From: Candidatus Nanohaloarchaea archaeon
GTDB lineage: Archaea > Nanohalarchaeota > Nanosalinia > Nanosalinales > Nanosalinaceae
DNA length: 59,095 nt
Reading direction: 5' to 3'
Assembly (NCBI GenBank): GCA_046497485.1
Contig: JAWOFP010000045.1
Span: forward strand, 1-59,095
The notes beneath the pieces were generated by a model. The model saw only the letters and a list, made by a program, of their open reading frames with translations, had not been told where the DNA came from and searched no databases. Shown in pieces: positions 10,242 through 20,096 of the stretch. The number at the start of each line of letters is the position of its first letter. Position 1 is the first letter of the stretch. A program made the translations under genes and the position numbers.

Positions 10242-11108
10242 ATGAAGGTATATGTGACTGGAGGCACAGGATTTGTAGGAAGTCATTTAGCGCATAAACT
10301 GGCTTGGGCCGGGCACGAAGTTACGCTTGGAGGCCTTTCCACTGAAGGAGTAATTGATTTGCCAGAAGATGCGGAAGTTGAAGAAATTGATGTTACTGAT
10401 CCCGAGTCACTTGATTTCTCCGGTCATGACGCAGTTATCCATCTAGTAGGGCTCTCGCCTCTATTCGAGCCGAAAGTTCCATACCATAAGATTCATGTTG
10501 AGGGAACTGAGAATGTGATGGAGGCCTGTGAAGAAGGAGATATTGATAGATATATTCATATGAGTGCGTTAGGCGCAGATCCAAAAGGAAATACAGACTA
10601 CTTGAGAACCAAAGGAGAGGCCCAAACATTAGTTGAAAATTCCGATCTTGACTGGACCGTTTTCAGGCCTTCAGTCATCTTCGGAGAAGGAGGACAGTTC
10701 ATTGATTTCACAGATTCCTTACTGACGCCTTTTGTAACCGGTCTGCCAGCCGCAAATCCAAAGTTCCAACCGCTTTACGTTGAGGATATAGGAGACTTAT
10801 TTGTGGAAGCAGTTGAGGACGAAAAACATATTCACCACGTATACGATCTTGGCGGACCTAAAGTTCACTCAATGAAAAATATCGCAAAATTAATTGAGAA
10901 ATCGAAAGGGCGAGAGCTGAAAATTTTACCAGTACCTATGCCTTTTGCAAAGATTGGCATGCTTCTAAGCGAGAATCTAGGCCTAAACTTTGGTATGGAC
11001 CAGTATAGGTCACTGAAAAACGATAATATTACAGAGGAAAACGACGTGAAACATTTCCGAAAAGAAATTGATGAAATGGAAACGCTGGAGAGCTATCTGG
11101 GCCTATGA
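10242..11108 (+). CDS. NAD(P)-binding epimerase/dehydratase-family protein (NDUFA9/NmrA-like)
   Basis: MKVYVTGGTGFVGSHL Rossmann motif. About 288 aa from the ATG at 10242; the track starts at the TTG at 10236. Confidence 0.75.
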   Translation: MKVYVTGGTGFVGSHLAHKLAWAGHEVTLGGLSTEGVIDLPEDAEVEEIDVTDPESLDFSGHDAVIHLVGLSPLFEPKVPYHKIHVEGTENVMEACEEGDIDRYIHMSALGADPKGNTDYLRTKGEAQTLVENSDLDWTVFRPSVIFGEGGQFIDFTDSLLTPFVTGLPAANPKFQPLYVEDIGDLFVEAVEDEKHIHHVYDLGGPKVHSMKNIAKLIEKSKGRELKILPVPMPFAKIGMLLSENLGLNFGMDQYRSLKNDNITEENDVKHFRKEIDEMETLESYLGL

Positions 11109-11587
11109 TCGACTGGTTCCTTGCTTTAGCAATCATATTAATGGTTGGAGGGATCTTAGGCAGTTTTCTACCAGCTCTGCCAGGCCCTTTACTTTCAATG
11201 ATTGGAGCCTCAGTCTACTTTTGGAGCACTAGTTATTCTTCACCAAGACCGATAATTTTCACTCTGATAATCTTCACAGGCCTAGTAGCTCTAGGACTCG
11301 ACTACTTAGCAGGTTATATCGGCGCCGATAAAGCCGAAGCCTCTCAGAGAACTGCGATAGCTGCTGGAATCGCCTCATTTCTATTATTCTTTGTATCGGG
11401 ACCCATAGGAATAATAATAGGTACCGGCGCAGTAGTCCTTGTAAGGGAACTAATGCTTGGAAAAGATTTCGATAAAGCATTAAGAGCATCTGCATATACT
11501 ACAGTTGCAATGCTAGGCTCGATCTTTGCAAAAGCAGGCCTCACATTCTTAATGCTGATAGTCTTCTTGATCACAGTTCTGCTCTAA
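11105..11587 (+). CDS. Small polytopic membrane protein, DUF456-like
   Basis: 160 aa with four hydrophobic segments. The GILGSFLPALPGPLL pattern resembles DUF456. Its start overlaps the upstream stop by 4 nt. Confidence 0.55.
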   Translation: MIDWFLALAIILMVGGILGSFLPALPGPLLSMIGASVYFWSTSYSSPRPIIFTLIIFTGLVALGLDYLAGYIGADKAEASQRTAIAAGIASFLLFFVSGPIGIIIGTGAVVLVRELMLGKDFDKALRASAYTTVAMLGSIFAKAGLTFLMLIVFLITVLL

Positions 11588-11620
11588 TGTTTCAAAAAGC
11601 TCTCAGGCAAAGATAGGATT

Positions 11621-12358
11621 ATGAGCAAAATTGTTGCTGTAGGCGGCGGAGACTGGCAAAACTTAGAGACTCTTGATATAAATAGAGAGATTAAAAATCT
11701 AGCAAAAAATCCAGAAAACGCATTACTTATCCCTACAGCGATGGAGGACTCAGAAGAATACCAAGAGAATTTTAAGAAACTTTACAGGGACGAACTAGGC
11801 CTTGAAACAGATTCTCTGCTACTTTACAGCGATCCTTCAGAAGAAGAGATTAATAGGAAGTTTGAGTGGGCTGATATAATCTATGTAAGCGGCGGAAACA
11901 CCAAAGAAATGATGAATAAATGGAAGGAAACAGGAGTAAATGAAAAGCTTAGAAAGGCTTACAATGAAGAGAAATTATTATCTGGTCTGAGTGCTGGAGC
12001 AATCTGCTGGTTTGAATACGGTCACAGCGACTCTGAAAGCTATGAAACAGAAGACTCTGAATGGAGCTTCATTCGAGTAGAAGGCCTGAACATAATTGAA
12101 GATATACTCTACTGCCCTCATTACCACAGCGAAGACCGTGAAGAAGGATTTAGAAAGATGATAAAAGAAAACCCGGAAAAATTAGGCCTAGCAGTCAACG
12201 ACCATGCAGCAGCCAAGATAGTGGACGGAGAGCTTGAAATAATTAAGAGCGGAGATGAAGGTAAGGCCTATACTGTCAAAAGCATAAATGGAGAAGTTCA
12301 TAAATCAGAGCTCAAAACTGGAGAAAAATACAACTTAGATAGACTCAGGGAAACCTAA
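11621..12358 (+). CDS. Peptidase S51 (dipeptidase E-like)
   Basis: 245 aa with the YVSGGNT and GLSAGAICWFEYGH motifs of the S51 family. Confidence 0.7.
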   Translation: MSKIVAVGGGDWQNLETLDINREIKNLAKNPENALLIPTAMEDSEEYQENFKKLYRDELGLETDSLLLYSDPSEEEINRKFEWADIIYVSGGNTKEMMNKWKETGVNEKLRKAYNEEKLLSGLSAGAICWFEYGHSDSESYETEDSEWSFIRVEGLNIIEDILYCPHYHSEDREEGFRKMIKENPEKLGLAVNDHAAAKIVDGELEIIKSGDEGKAYTVKSINGEVHKSELKTGEKYNLDRLRET

Positions 12359-14329
12359 GACACGGGTCTCATACTCTCCACCTTCTCCAGCGGCATGAAA
12401 ACAATATTCTCCAGATAACTCAATTAATTCTTCTACAGAGTCTTCATCCAATACTTTTCCAACCCATTCCTCTGTTAGGCCTCGGGCCGCAACATCAGTT
12501 ATCTGGACTTCAAAACCTTCTCTAACCAGCCAGCGCATATAGTTGGATTGGTTCTCCTGCCAGAGCGGAGTGAAGACTTTCAGGCCTAGCTCTTCCGCGA
12601 CTCTATCAACTCGATCACGCTGGTAAGTAGAGGCTAATGCCCCCGCTATTACTCCTTCAATATTATACTGGTCGATCGCTTTCTGAAGGCCTTTGTTTAG
12701 ATCTTTCAGTTCTTTCTCTTTCTCACCTTTGGTCTCCTGAACGATTAAAGGGATATCAAGCTTGGAGGCTTGCTCCTCTAAATGGTCTTGAGTCTTCTTT
12801 GAGTCGAACATGTAGCTTTCTTTGTTCTCAGATCTGAGAGTAAGTAGGCAGGAAATCTCATTATTTCTTCTCAGCATTCGGTAAAGAGCGGCGTTAGAGT
12901 CCTTCCCTCCTGAAGTCAATGCGACTAATTTGCGGTTAGGCCTGTCTCTGAAGCTATTGAGATATTCTTGTTTGTGATCAAAATCATTATCTTTAGCAAG
13001 CCTATCAATCGCTTTGTCAAAGTTGCTGCCATACTGTGCCGCAGTCTTTCCTCTCCAGGCGACTTCTTCTGGGACTCCAAGTTTCTCTGCTGCTTTTCTC
13101 AACACATATTTCCTGTACTCATCTTTTACCTTGTAATCCTCTGGAATAGTTAATGCATGCTCAATTAAGTCGTGGTCAAGGAAAGGAACTCTTAATTCGT
13201 AGCCATTTCTGAAGCTGATAACATTATCCCGATACAGATCTCTTTCAAAGATTGAACGAAGGCCTGAAAGACACTCCTTGTTTAGGTAACCTTGCTGGCG
13301 ATGATATCCTGCATAGAGCTGTTCTGATCCTAGGCCTGACATAACTACCTGTTCGTCTCCGTTCAACGCGAAGTGGAAAGGCAGTGCGACGCCGTTTTTC
13401 ACTACTGAAGTGCTGGAGATCCAATCAGCGATTTTAGGCAACTCTTCCTCTACCTCTTCCAGCGAGGCGTCATAGCTCTCCAAGTTAATATCCATTTTAT
13501 CAGCGATTTTTTCCGCCCAGTCCATGTCTCTAGGTGCGTTAACGTTTCCATGCTGAATCCCGGAAGTGTAGGCCGTAAATTCTTTATCTAACTCCTGTAG
13601 AGCAGCTGCGACCATCGTGGAATCGACTCCGCCCGAAAAAAGGAGGCCTAGTTCTCCTTCAGGAACTCTCTTCTCGACTGCCTGTAAAAATAATTCTTTG
13701 ATCTCTTCCGCAGCCTCATTTAACTCTTTTTCCTCATCCGAAAACTCTTCACGAGTTTTCTGGTTATTAGAAGAACTAGTAAAGTTCTTCGGGACATCAA
13801 GTTCAAAGAATTCTCTCTGCTCCCTTGATATAACGCCGTTATATAAATCATATTTCAGAATCTGCCTCGGATGTAACTCCCGGGCTTCAAAACCTTCTTT
13901 CTCCAAGGCCTGTTTCTCAGAAGAAAAAGCAAATTCCTCTTCAGAATACCAAATCGGATTAACACCGAGAAAATCTCTAGCAAGAATTAGCTCACCGTCT
14001 CGGATATACGCAAATGCATAGATTCCATCGACTTCCTCTAAACCTTCAAGGCATACCTCATCTAAAATCTTGAGTAGTGTTTCTGCATCATTCTCCGTCT
14101 CCCAGCCGTATTTTTCGTTAAGCTCTCTCCAGTTATAGATCTCGCAGTTAGCGCTCAAAAGGCCTTCTTCTTCTATAGGTTGTTCAAGTTCCCCAATTAT
14201 AGAATGTAGTGTATGGCCAAGTAAGAAGTTCTCCGTCTCTACTGCTTCCTGAGAGCCGCCTCTATGCTCTAAATTTTGGGCAAGTTTTTCTACTGTTTCA
14301 GGGTTTTTGCCGCCGTGAATGCTGCACAT
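12335..14329 (-). CDS. Fusion protein: class-II glutamine amidotransferase plus asparagine-synthetase-like PP-loop domain, joined to a C-terminal Dph6/MJ0570-type PP-loop ATPase domain (diphthine-ammonia ligase family)
   Basis: I set the start at MCSIHGG (ATG at 14329), which gives the N-terminal Cys needed by Ntn amidotransferases. The AsnB-like motifs are CEIYNWRELN, DGIYAFAY..LARDFLGVNPIWY and the first PP-loop LFSGGVDST. The C-terminal ~200 aa carry VALTSGGKDSNAAL, GALASTYQRDRV, FTPLW and AAGEGGEYETRV, typical of the Dph6/MJ0570 family. Confidence 0.7.
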   Translation of the reverse strand: MCSIHGGKNPETVEKLAQNLEHRGGSQEAVETENFLLGHTLHSIIGELEQPIEEEGLLSANCEIYNWRELNEKYGWETENDAETLLKILDEVCLEGLEEVDGIYAFAYIRDGELILARDFLGVNPIWYSEEEFAFSSEKQALEKEGFEARELHPRQILKYDLYNGVISREQREFFELDVPKNFTSSSNNQKTREEFSDEEKELNEAAEEIKELFLQAVEKRVPEGELGLLFSGGVDSTMVAAALQELDKEFTAYTSGIQHGNVNAPRDMDWAEKIADKMDINLESYDASLEEVEEELPKIADWISSTSVVKNGVALPFHFALNGDEQVVMSGLGSEQLYAGYHRQQGYLNKECLSGLRSIFERDLYRDNVISFRNGYELRVPFLDHDLIEHALTIPEDYKVKDEYRKYVLRKAAEKLGVPEEVAWRGKTAAQYGSNFDKAIDRLAKDNDFDHKQEYLNSFRDRPNRKLVALTSGGKDSNAALYRMLRRNNEISCLLTLRSENKESYMFDSKKTQDHLEEQASKLDIPLIVQETKGEKEKELKDLNKGLQKAIDQYNIEGVIAGALASTYQRDRVDRVAEELGLKVFTPLWQENQSNYMRWLVREGFEVQITDVAARGLTEEWVGKVLDEDSVEELIELSGEYCFHAAGEGGEYETRVLGFPESI

Positions 14330-14413
14330 AATTTTAGTGTTGAGAAGGAATTGTTTTGTATCTGGGATCAAAGTTTTATCGGTTAGGCCTCAACTAAATT
14401 ATGTGAGCAAAAA

Positions 14414-14614
14414 ATGATGTACGAGAAGTTAAAGCAGTCGGTCAAGAAGAACGGAGAAGTAATGATAAAATTCACTTCTGGTGAAGAAGCAGAACTACAT
14501 AAACACAACACAGAGTTCTTGGAAGAACCAATAATCAAAGTTGACGCAGACGACAGAGTCCATTGGTTCAACGCTGAAAAAGTAGAACGCTACTGGATCC
14601 ACGAAGACTTCTAA
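14414..14614 (+). CDS. Hypothetical small protein (66 aa)
   Basis: An ORF with acidic, neighbour-like composition sitting in an otherwise empty spacer. I recognised no family. Confidence 0.4.
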   Translation: MMYEKLKQSVKKNGEVMIKFTSGEEAELHKHNTEFLEEPIIKVDADDRVHWFNAEKVERYWIHEDF

Positions 14615-14639
14615 ATATACCTATCTTAATTTTTCTTAC

Positions 14640-14972
14640 ATGAGCTCAATTAGGCATAGTAAATCAGATAGAGTCAGGACACCCGGAAAAATAAATTCAG
14701 AAACGTGGAAAACTGAGAAAAATCTAACAGATATAGCAGCAATCCTACTACTAGAACCCGATTTTCCTGATAGATTAACATGGAACAAAGCTGACAACTG
14801 GATAGAATCAAACTATTCCGGCGAGACTACAGTATTCGCTCCAGAGAAAGAAAGATATCAAGTATCAGTGACTGAAAGATCATACGGACGGCATTTCGTG
14901 GACTTCATCTATTTTGAACATCCAAACGAAGAGATTAACTCAAAAATATCGGATTATAGAGAAAAACTTTAA
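14640..14972 (+). CDS. Hypothetical protein (110 aa)
   Basis: ORF only. I recognised no motif. Confidence 0.4.
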   Translation: MSSIRHSKSDRVRTPGKINSETWKTEKNLTDIAAILLLEPDFPDRLTWNKADNWIESNYSGETTVFAPEKERYQVSVTERSYGRHFVDFIYFEHPNEEINSKISDYREKL

Positions 14973-15751
14973 TCCGCTGAATAATCGGCATCAAAATCAG
15001 ATAGGCCTTTCTGACTATTATCGACAGCCTCGTAGCTCGGGATCACATCTTCCATATCTACATTTACAAATTCTAAGCCTCTCTCCTCTAGGTATTCAAG
15101 CACTTTATCAGTCATCTTTGGAGCCACCAAGATTCCTCTAATATCTCCGTTAAATTCGTCCTCTATCTCATCCACATACCGTTGTAACTGTAGAACAGTG
15201 TTGTAGTCAGGATTTCTCTTGACTTCTATCACCACATAGTCATCGCTCTCATCACGGGCGAATACATCGATGAATCCTGCTGGAGTCTCTCTTTCCCTCT
15301 CAACTACTTTCAGGCCTTCCTCAATCATCTCAGGATCCTCCTCAATCGACTCATGGATATCGACTTCGTGCCCTGCAATCTTCAACTCGGACTTATCCAC
15401 TAATTGATCTACTGTAATCAATGAAATCTCATCGAAGAAAACCTCAACCTTCTCATCAGGACTGAATCTTGAAGCAGTCAAAACCAAGGCCTCATCCCGC
15501 ACCTCGACATCAAAAGAATCAACTGTCGGCTGCCAATTCTTCGGCTGATAATTATCAGGCCCATGCACCAATAAAGCGGAATCCTGCTTCTTGATCAACA
15601 GACGCTCGCCTCGGTCCAGTTTAGAAGAAGCCCTACCAGTATAATTAACAGTACATAGCCCGTTCACCTGGACAGTAAACTCTCGGGAAAGATACTCCTT
15701 CAAAATCTCAGAGGCCTCATCAAAATCAGGGTTTTGAATCAGTTCTTTCAT
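14969..15751 (-). CDS. nucS: Endonuclease NucS/EndoMS (mismatch-specific, RecB-like nuclease fold)
   Basis: 260 aa. The N-terminal domain has YTGRASSKLDRGERLLIKKQDSALLVHGP...PKNWQP. The C-terminal domain has GFIDVFARDESDDYVVIEVKR...QLQRYV. Confidence 0.8.
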   Translation of the reverse strand: MKELIQNPDFDEASEILKEYLSREFTVQVNGLCTVNYTGRASSKLDRGERLLIKKQDSALLVHGPDNYQPKNWQPTVDSFDVEVRDEALVLTASRFSPDEKVEVFFDEISLITVDQLVDKSELKIAGHEVDIHESIEEDPEMIEEGLKVVERERETPAGFIDVFARDESDDYVVIEVKRNPDYNTVLQLQRYVDEIEDEFNGDIRGILVAPKMTDKVLEYLEERGLEFVNVDMEDVIPSYEAVDNSQKGLSDFDADYSAD

Positions 15752-15830
15752 ATAAAGTCTTTGAGGCCAAATATTTTTTACTTCTCTTAAAATCAGGAAT
15801 ATTTTATGTAGAAAATTATAAGAGAAATTT

Positions 15831-16493
15831 ATGGATTACAGCATTCATGACTTGCCTGAGAGTGAGAGGCCTCGTGAAAAGCTGCAGGAAAACGGTGTTG
15901 AGGCTTTAAGCGATGCGGAGCTGTTGGCGATTCTGTTGAGAACCGGTATTAAAGGAAAGAATGTGAAGGAACTGAGCTACGAGATTCTCGATGAATTCTC
16001 CTTGGAAAAGCTTTCTGAGGCCTCGATGAATGATTTCAAGGAGCTGGAAGGGATTTCCAAAGTTAAAGCCGGCCAGTTGAAGGCTATCGGCGAGTTAGGC
16101 CTGAGGCTGCAGAGGGAGGAAAGGGATAGAATTGAGAATCTCTCGGATGTGAAAGCCCGTGTAGAGGACCTGAAGTTCAAGTCTTCTGAAGTTTTGAGAG
16201 TATTCTATCTTAACTCAGGTAATGAGATAGTGGCTGAGAAGGAGTTTGAAGGCGCGGTCTCAAATGTTTCAGTTGATCCGAAAAAGATTTTCTCTGAGGC
16301 TCTAAAGAATGATGCTGAGGCCTTTATTCTGTGTCACAACCATCCTTCGGGCGAATCAGATTTCACTCGGAAAGACTTAGATTTTACTAGAGAGTTGATT
16401 GAGTCGAGTGAAAAATTAGGCCTGGAGGTCTTGGATCATGTGGTGGTTGGGAAGGAGGTTGTGAGTATGCGTTCTTCCAGTGAAATCTGGTAA
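15831..16493 (+). CDS. radC: RadC-like JAB/MPN domain protein
   Basis: 220 aa with an N-terminal ERPREKL..G...LSDAELLAILLRTG segment and the JAB motif HNHPSGES. Confidence 0.8.
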   Translation: MDYSIHDLPESERPREKLQENGVEALSDAELLAILLRTGIKGKNVKELSYEILDEFSLEKLSEASMNDFKELEGISKVKAGQLKAIGELGLRLQREERDRIENLSDVKARVEDLKFKSSEVLRVFYLNSGNEIVAEKEFEGAVSNVSVDPKKIFSEALKNDAEAFILCHNHPSGESDFTRKDLDFTRELIESSEKLGLEVLDHVVVGKEVVSMRSSSEIW

Positions 16494-16530
16494 GATGGTT
16501 TAAGTAGTTTTTGGTACTCCTCACTATGTA

Positions 16531-16540
16531 TTTAAAGTTT
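16531..16540 (+). promoter_or_regulatory. TATA-box-like TTTAAAGTTT upstream of the rpoH operon
   Basis: The exact 10-mer lies ~47-56 nt upstream of the rpoH ATG at 16587. Confidence 0.35.
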
Positions 16541-16586
16541 GTGAAAACGTTTCTATATGTAAACTTTCTCTCTAGAGGGCAAAATT

Positions 16587-16823
16587 ATGGCAATTGATGT
16601 ACGTGATCACGAATCTGTTCCGAAGCATGAAAAAATGACTGAAGATGAGGTTGAGGACCTTCTCAAAAAGTTTGATACGAGTAAAGAGAAGTTACCTCAA
16701 ATAGAGCGTACTGACGCTGCCTTGAAGCAGATGGATGTGGAAGAAGGAGATGTCATTCATATTAAGCGTGACAGCCCTACAGCAGGAAAAACAGATTATT
16801 ATAGAATCGTTGTCGACAGGTGA
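16587..16823 (+). CDS. rpoH: DNA-directed RNA polymerase subunit H (Rpo5)
   Basis: 78 aa with HESVPKHEKMTEDEVEDLLKKF and a position immediately upstream of rpoB''. Confidence 0.85.
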   Translation: MAIDVRDHESVPKHEKMTEDEVEDLLKKFDTSKEKLPQIERTDAALKQMDVEEGDVIHIKRDSPTAGKTDYYRIVVDR

Positions 16824-16831
16824 ACTAATCC

Positions 16832-18289
16832 TTGAATCAAAAATTCCTAGATCAGTTAATAGAACGAAACTTAGTAAAACACCAGATCGAAAGCTACAAC
16901 CGGTTCATCGAAGACCGAATACAGGCCATTCTTAACGAAGTTGGAAGCATTGAGCCTGAGCTACCTGATGGAGAAGACCTTGTAATAAAAATTGTCAGTG
17001 TAGATATTCAGAGGCCTGAAATGCATGAAGCAGACGGTTCAGTCAGAAAGATTACTCCTAGAGAAGCCAGAATGAGAGATATAACTTATTCTGCAGAAAT
17101 TAAAGTAGAGATGGCTCCGATCTTTGAAGGAGTCAAACAGGAAGTAGAAGAAGTTACTATCGGAGAAATCCCAGTAATGGTAGGATCAGATCTTTGCTGG
17201 AGTTCCGAGTGGGACGACGATGAAATGAGAAAGAATGGGGAAGATCCGAAAGATCCAGGAGGATACTTCATCATCAATGGATCAGAAAAAACCATCATCG
17301 CAATGGAAGAACTGGCGAACAACAAACCAGTATTCCTTGAGGACGACGATGTCCAGAAATGCCGTGTCAACTCAGAGAACTCTGGATATGTTCAGAGACA
17401 TGTTCTGGAAAGGGAAAAAGACATAATCGATATTTCATTCGCGAATGTCAAGAACACTCCTGCAGTCGCACTACTAAGAGCATTAGGCCTAGAAACAGAC
17501 AAAGAGATAATCGAGAAAATCGGAGAAGAGTATGCCTCCGATGTCTACCTGAATATTTACGAGGTAGACGCATCAAACCAAGAAGAGGCCTTCGAATATA
17601 TTGCCAATAGATCAGGAGTCACGAACGATGTCGAGGAACGAGTAGGAAGTATTTTAGACGATTACCTTTTGCCTCATATCGGACAGGACGAAAAATATAG
17701 GGACGCAAAGGCTGATTTCCTTGCGAACATGATCAGAAATACTATTGCATTAGGTAAAGGAGATATCACTCCTGACGACATCGACCACTATGCTAACAAG
17801 AGACTAAATCTTGCTGGAGAGCTTCTTGAGATGCAGTTCAGATCAGTATTCCTTGGAAAATGGGGGTTAGTTGCACGAATGAAGTACAACTTCCAGAAAT
17901 CAGCAAAAAGAGGAAGACTTCCATCACTACAGTCTACAATTGTTTCCGATACGCTTTCAAAACAGATTATGGGAGCAATGGCTACAGGAAACTGGGTAGG
18001 GGGACGAACAGGAGTATGCCAGACACTAGAGAGAAACAACAGAATCAAGACACTCTCACATTTGAGAAACATTGTATCTCCACTTTCAAGCGACAGGCAG
18101 CACTTCGAAGCGCGTGACCTGCATCCAACGCACTGGGGACGCATATGTCCGATCAAAACACCTGAAGGCATGAACATTGGTTTGAGAACGCACTTAGCGA
18201 TGTCCGCCGATGTTTCCACAGGAATGAACGAGATGGAGCGAAACGCTCTGAAAAACACTTTAGAACAGGAAGGAATCGAGGTTGAATAA
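16832..18289 (+). CDS. rpoB2: DNA-directed RNA polymerase subunit B'' (N-terminal half of the split Rpo2)
   Basis: 485 aa with a TTG start 8 nt after the rpoH stop. Motifs are LVKHQIESYNRFI, GGYFIINGSEK and HPTHWGRICPIKTPEG. Confidence 0.95.
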   Translation: MNQKFLDQLIERNLVKHQIESYNRFIEDRIQAILNEVGSIEPELPDGEDLVIKIVSVDIQRPEMHEADGSVRKITPREARMRDITYSAEIKVEMAPIFEGVKQEVEEVTIGEIPVMVGSDLCWSSEWDDDEMRKNGEDPKDPGGYFIINGSEKTIIAMEELANNKPVFLEDDDVQKCRVNSENSGYVQRHVLEREKDIIDISFANVKNTPAVALLRALGLETDKEIIEKIGEEYASDVYLNIYEVDASNQEEAFEYIANRSGVTNDVEERVGSILDDYLLPHIGQDEKYRDAKADFLANMIRNTIALGKGDITPDDIDHYANKRLNLAGELLEMQFRSVFLGKWGLVARMKYNFQKSAKRGRLPSLQSTIVSDTLSKQIMGAMATGNWVGGRTGVCQTLERNNRIKTLSHLRNIVSPLSSDRQHFEARDLHPTHWGRICPIKTPEGMNIGLRTHLAMSADVSTGMNEMERNALKNTLEQEGIEVE

Positions 18290-18292
18290 AAA

Positions 18293-20086
18293 ATGACAGA
18301 TGTATTCCTAGACGGAGAAATTCTGGGCGATATTGACTCGCCTGAAGACATAAAAGAAAACCTAGTAGAACACAGAAGAGAAGGCCTAATTGACAAAGAA
18401 GTCAGCCTCCATTACAGCGAAGACAAGGATGAGCTTCGAATCAACAGCGACTCAGGAAGAGTTCTAAGGCCTGTAATAATTGTAGAAGACGGAGAGCCTG
18501 CAGTAAGCGAAGAAGACATTCAAAGACTTGAAGAGAACGAGATTACTTTGCAGGATCTTGAGGAAGAAGGACAGATTGAGTACATGGACGCAGAGGAAGA
18601 GGAAAACGCCTATGTAGCGATTGATAGAGAAGAAGTAACTGAAGAACATACTCACTTAGAAATCGACCCTCAGATTATCAACGGTATTTCAGCTTCGCTT
18701 ACAGTCTTCCCGGAACATAATCGTGGAGACCGTGTAAACTTCGGAGCAAAGATGGCAGGGCAGGGACTTGGACTCCCAAGCAGAGACTTCCATCAGAGAT
18801 TCCCAACCCGTTCAAATGTAATGAGCTACCCTCAGCAGCCGATTGTCGATACAAATACTTACGATACGCTTGTAGGAGACCATCCAATTGGACAGAACAT
18901 GGTAGTTGCACTTGCATCCTTCGATGGATACAACATCGAGGACGCTGTAATCATGAACGGAGCCTCCATTGACAGAGGCCTAGGAAGAACAACTTACATG
19001 AGAACTTACCAGACAGAAGCCCAGAGATTCTGGGGAGGCCAGCAAGATAATATCGGCATCCCTGGAAAAGATGTCAGAGGTTACAGACATGAAGAGGCCT
19101 ATGTCCACTTAGATGAAGACGGAATAATAAATCCTGAGACAGAAGTAGATTCCGATGATGTATTAATTGGTAAGACTTCTCCTCCAAAGTTCCTTGGTAG
19201 TGACGGCGGAGAAGTCCAGATGGGACTAGCAGATAGAAGAGAGACCTCACTGACCGTAAGACACGGTGAGCAAGGTAAAATCGATAAAGTTATGATTTCA
19301 GAGACTGGAGACGGTGACAAACTGTTGAAAGTTAAGATGAGAGAATACAGAACGCCTGAGCTCGGTGACAAGTTCGCAACACGACATGGACAGAAGGGAA
19401 CAATAGGAATGATCAGCCCTGAGGAAAATATGCCTTTCACAAAACAGGGAATCACGCCAGACATTATTCTTTCGACTCACGCAGTACCGAGCCGTATGAC
19501 AGTCTCACAGATAATTGAATTAATCGGAGGTAAAGCAGGAGCGCTTCGTGGAGACCCAGTAGACGGATCCGCATATGAAAACGAAGACGCAGACGACCTC
19601 AGAGACCAGCTTGAAGAACTCGGATTCCAGAGATCAGGTAAAGAGACAATGTACAATGGAGTGACCGGAGAAGAAATGGAAGCCGACATTATGGTCGGAC
19701 CAGGTTACTACCTCAAGCTAAGCCACATGGTTGGAGACAAGGTCCACGCAAGAGGAAGAGGACCTGTCACACTGCTGACAAAGCAGCCGACCGAAGGTCG
19801 CAGCCAAGAAGGAGGCCTCAGACTTGGAGAGATGGAAAAGGATGTCTTTGTAGGACACGGAGCTTCACTTCTATTGAAGGAGAGATTCGGATCTGACTCC
19901 ACAGAAATTAAAGTAGATGAAAACGGCAACATAGGATATCTTGACAGAAAGGAGAACAAGTTTGTCTCCCCAGAGCTGGACAAATCAGAGTTTGATGAAA
20001 CAGAGATACCTCATGCATTCCTGTTGCTGCTGAACGAGTTGAAATCCATGATGATGGATACAAACATTGAGCTGGAGGAAGAGTAG
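18293..20086 (+). CDS. rpoB1: DNA-directed RNA polymerase subunit B' (C-terminal half of the split Rpo2)
   Basis: 597 aa with GYNIEDAVIMN, KFATRHGQKGT, PSRMTVSQIIE and LGEMEKDV. Confidence 0.95.
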   Translation: MTDVFLDGEILGDIDSPEDIKENLVEHRREGLIDKEVSLHYSEDKDELRINSDSGRVLRPVIIVEDGEPAVSEEDIQRLEENEITLQDLEEEGQIEYMDAEEEENAYVAIDREEVTEEHTHLEIDPQIINGISASLTVFPEHNRGDRVNFGAKMAGQGLGLPSRDFHQRFPTRSNVMSYPQQPIVDTNTYDTLVGDHPIGQNMVVALASFDGYNIEDAVIMNGASIDRGLGRTTYMRTYQTEAQRFWGGQQDNIGIPGKDVRGYRHEEAYVHLDEDGIINPETEVDSDDVLIGKTSPPKFLGSDGGEVQMGLADRRETSLTVRHGEQGKIDKVMISETGDGDKLLKVKMREYRTPELGDKFATRHGQKGTIGMISPEENMPFTKQGITPDIILSTHAVPSRMTVSQIIELIGGKAGALRGDPVDGSAYENEDADDLRDQLEELGFQRSGKETMYNGVTGEEMEADIMVGPGYYLKLSHMVGDKVHARGRGPVTLLTKQPTEGRSQEGGLRLGEMEKDVFVGHGASLLLKERFGSDSTEIKVDENGNIGYLDRKENKFVSPELDKSEFDETEIPHAFLLLLNELKSMMMDTNIELEEE

Positions 20087-20096
20087 GTGATCAAAA

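Noticed and set aside
17788-18396. 202-aa minus-strand ORF spanning the rpoB''/rpoB' junction
   Set aside because: It is antisense to two RNA polymerase genes with unambiguous motifs. Its Ser/Cys/Phe/Arg-rich composition is unlike the acidic proteome. It is a typical shadow ORF.
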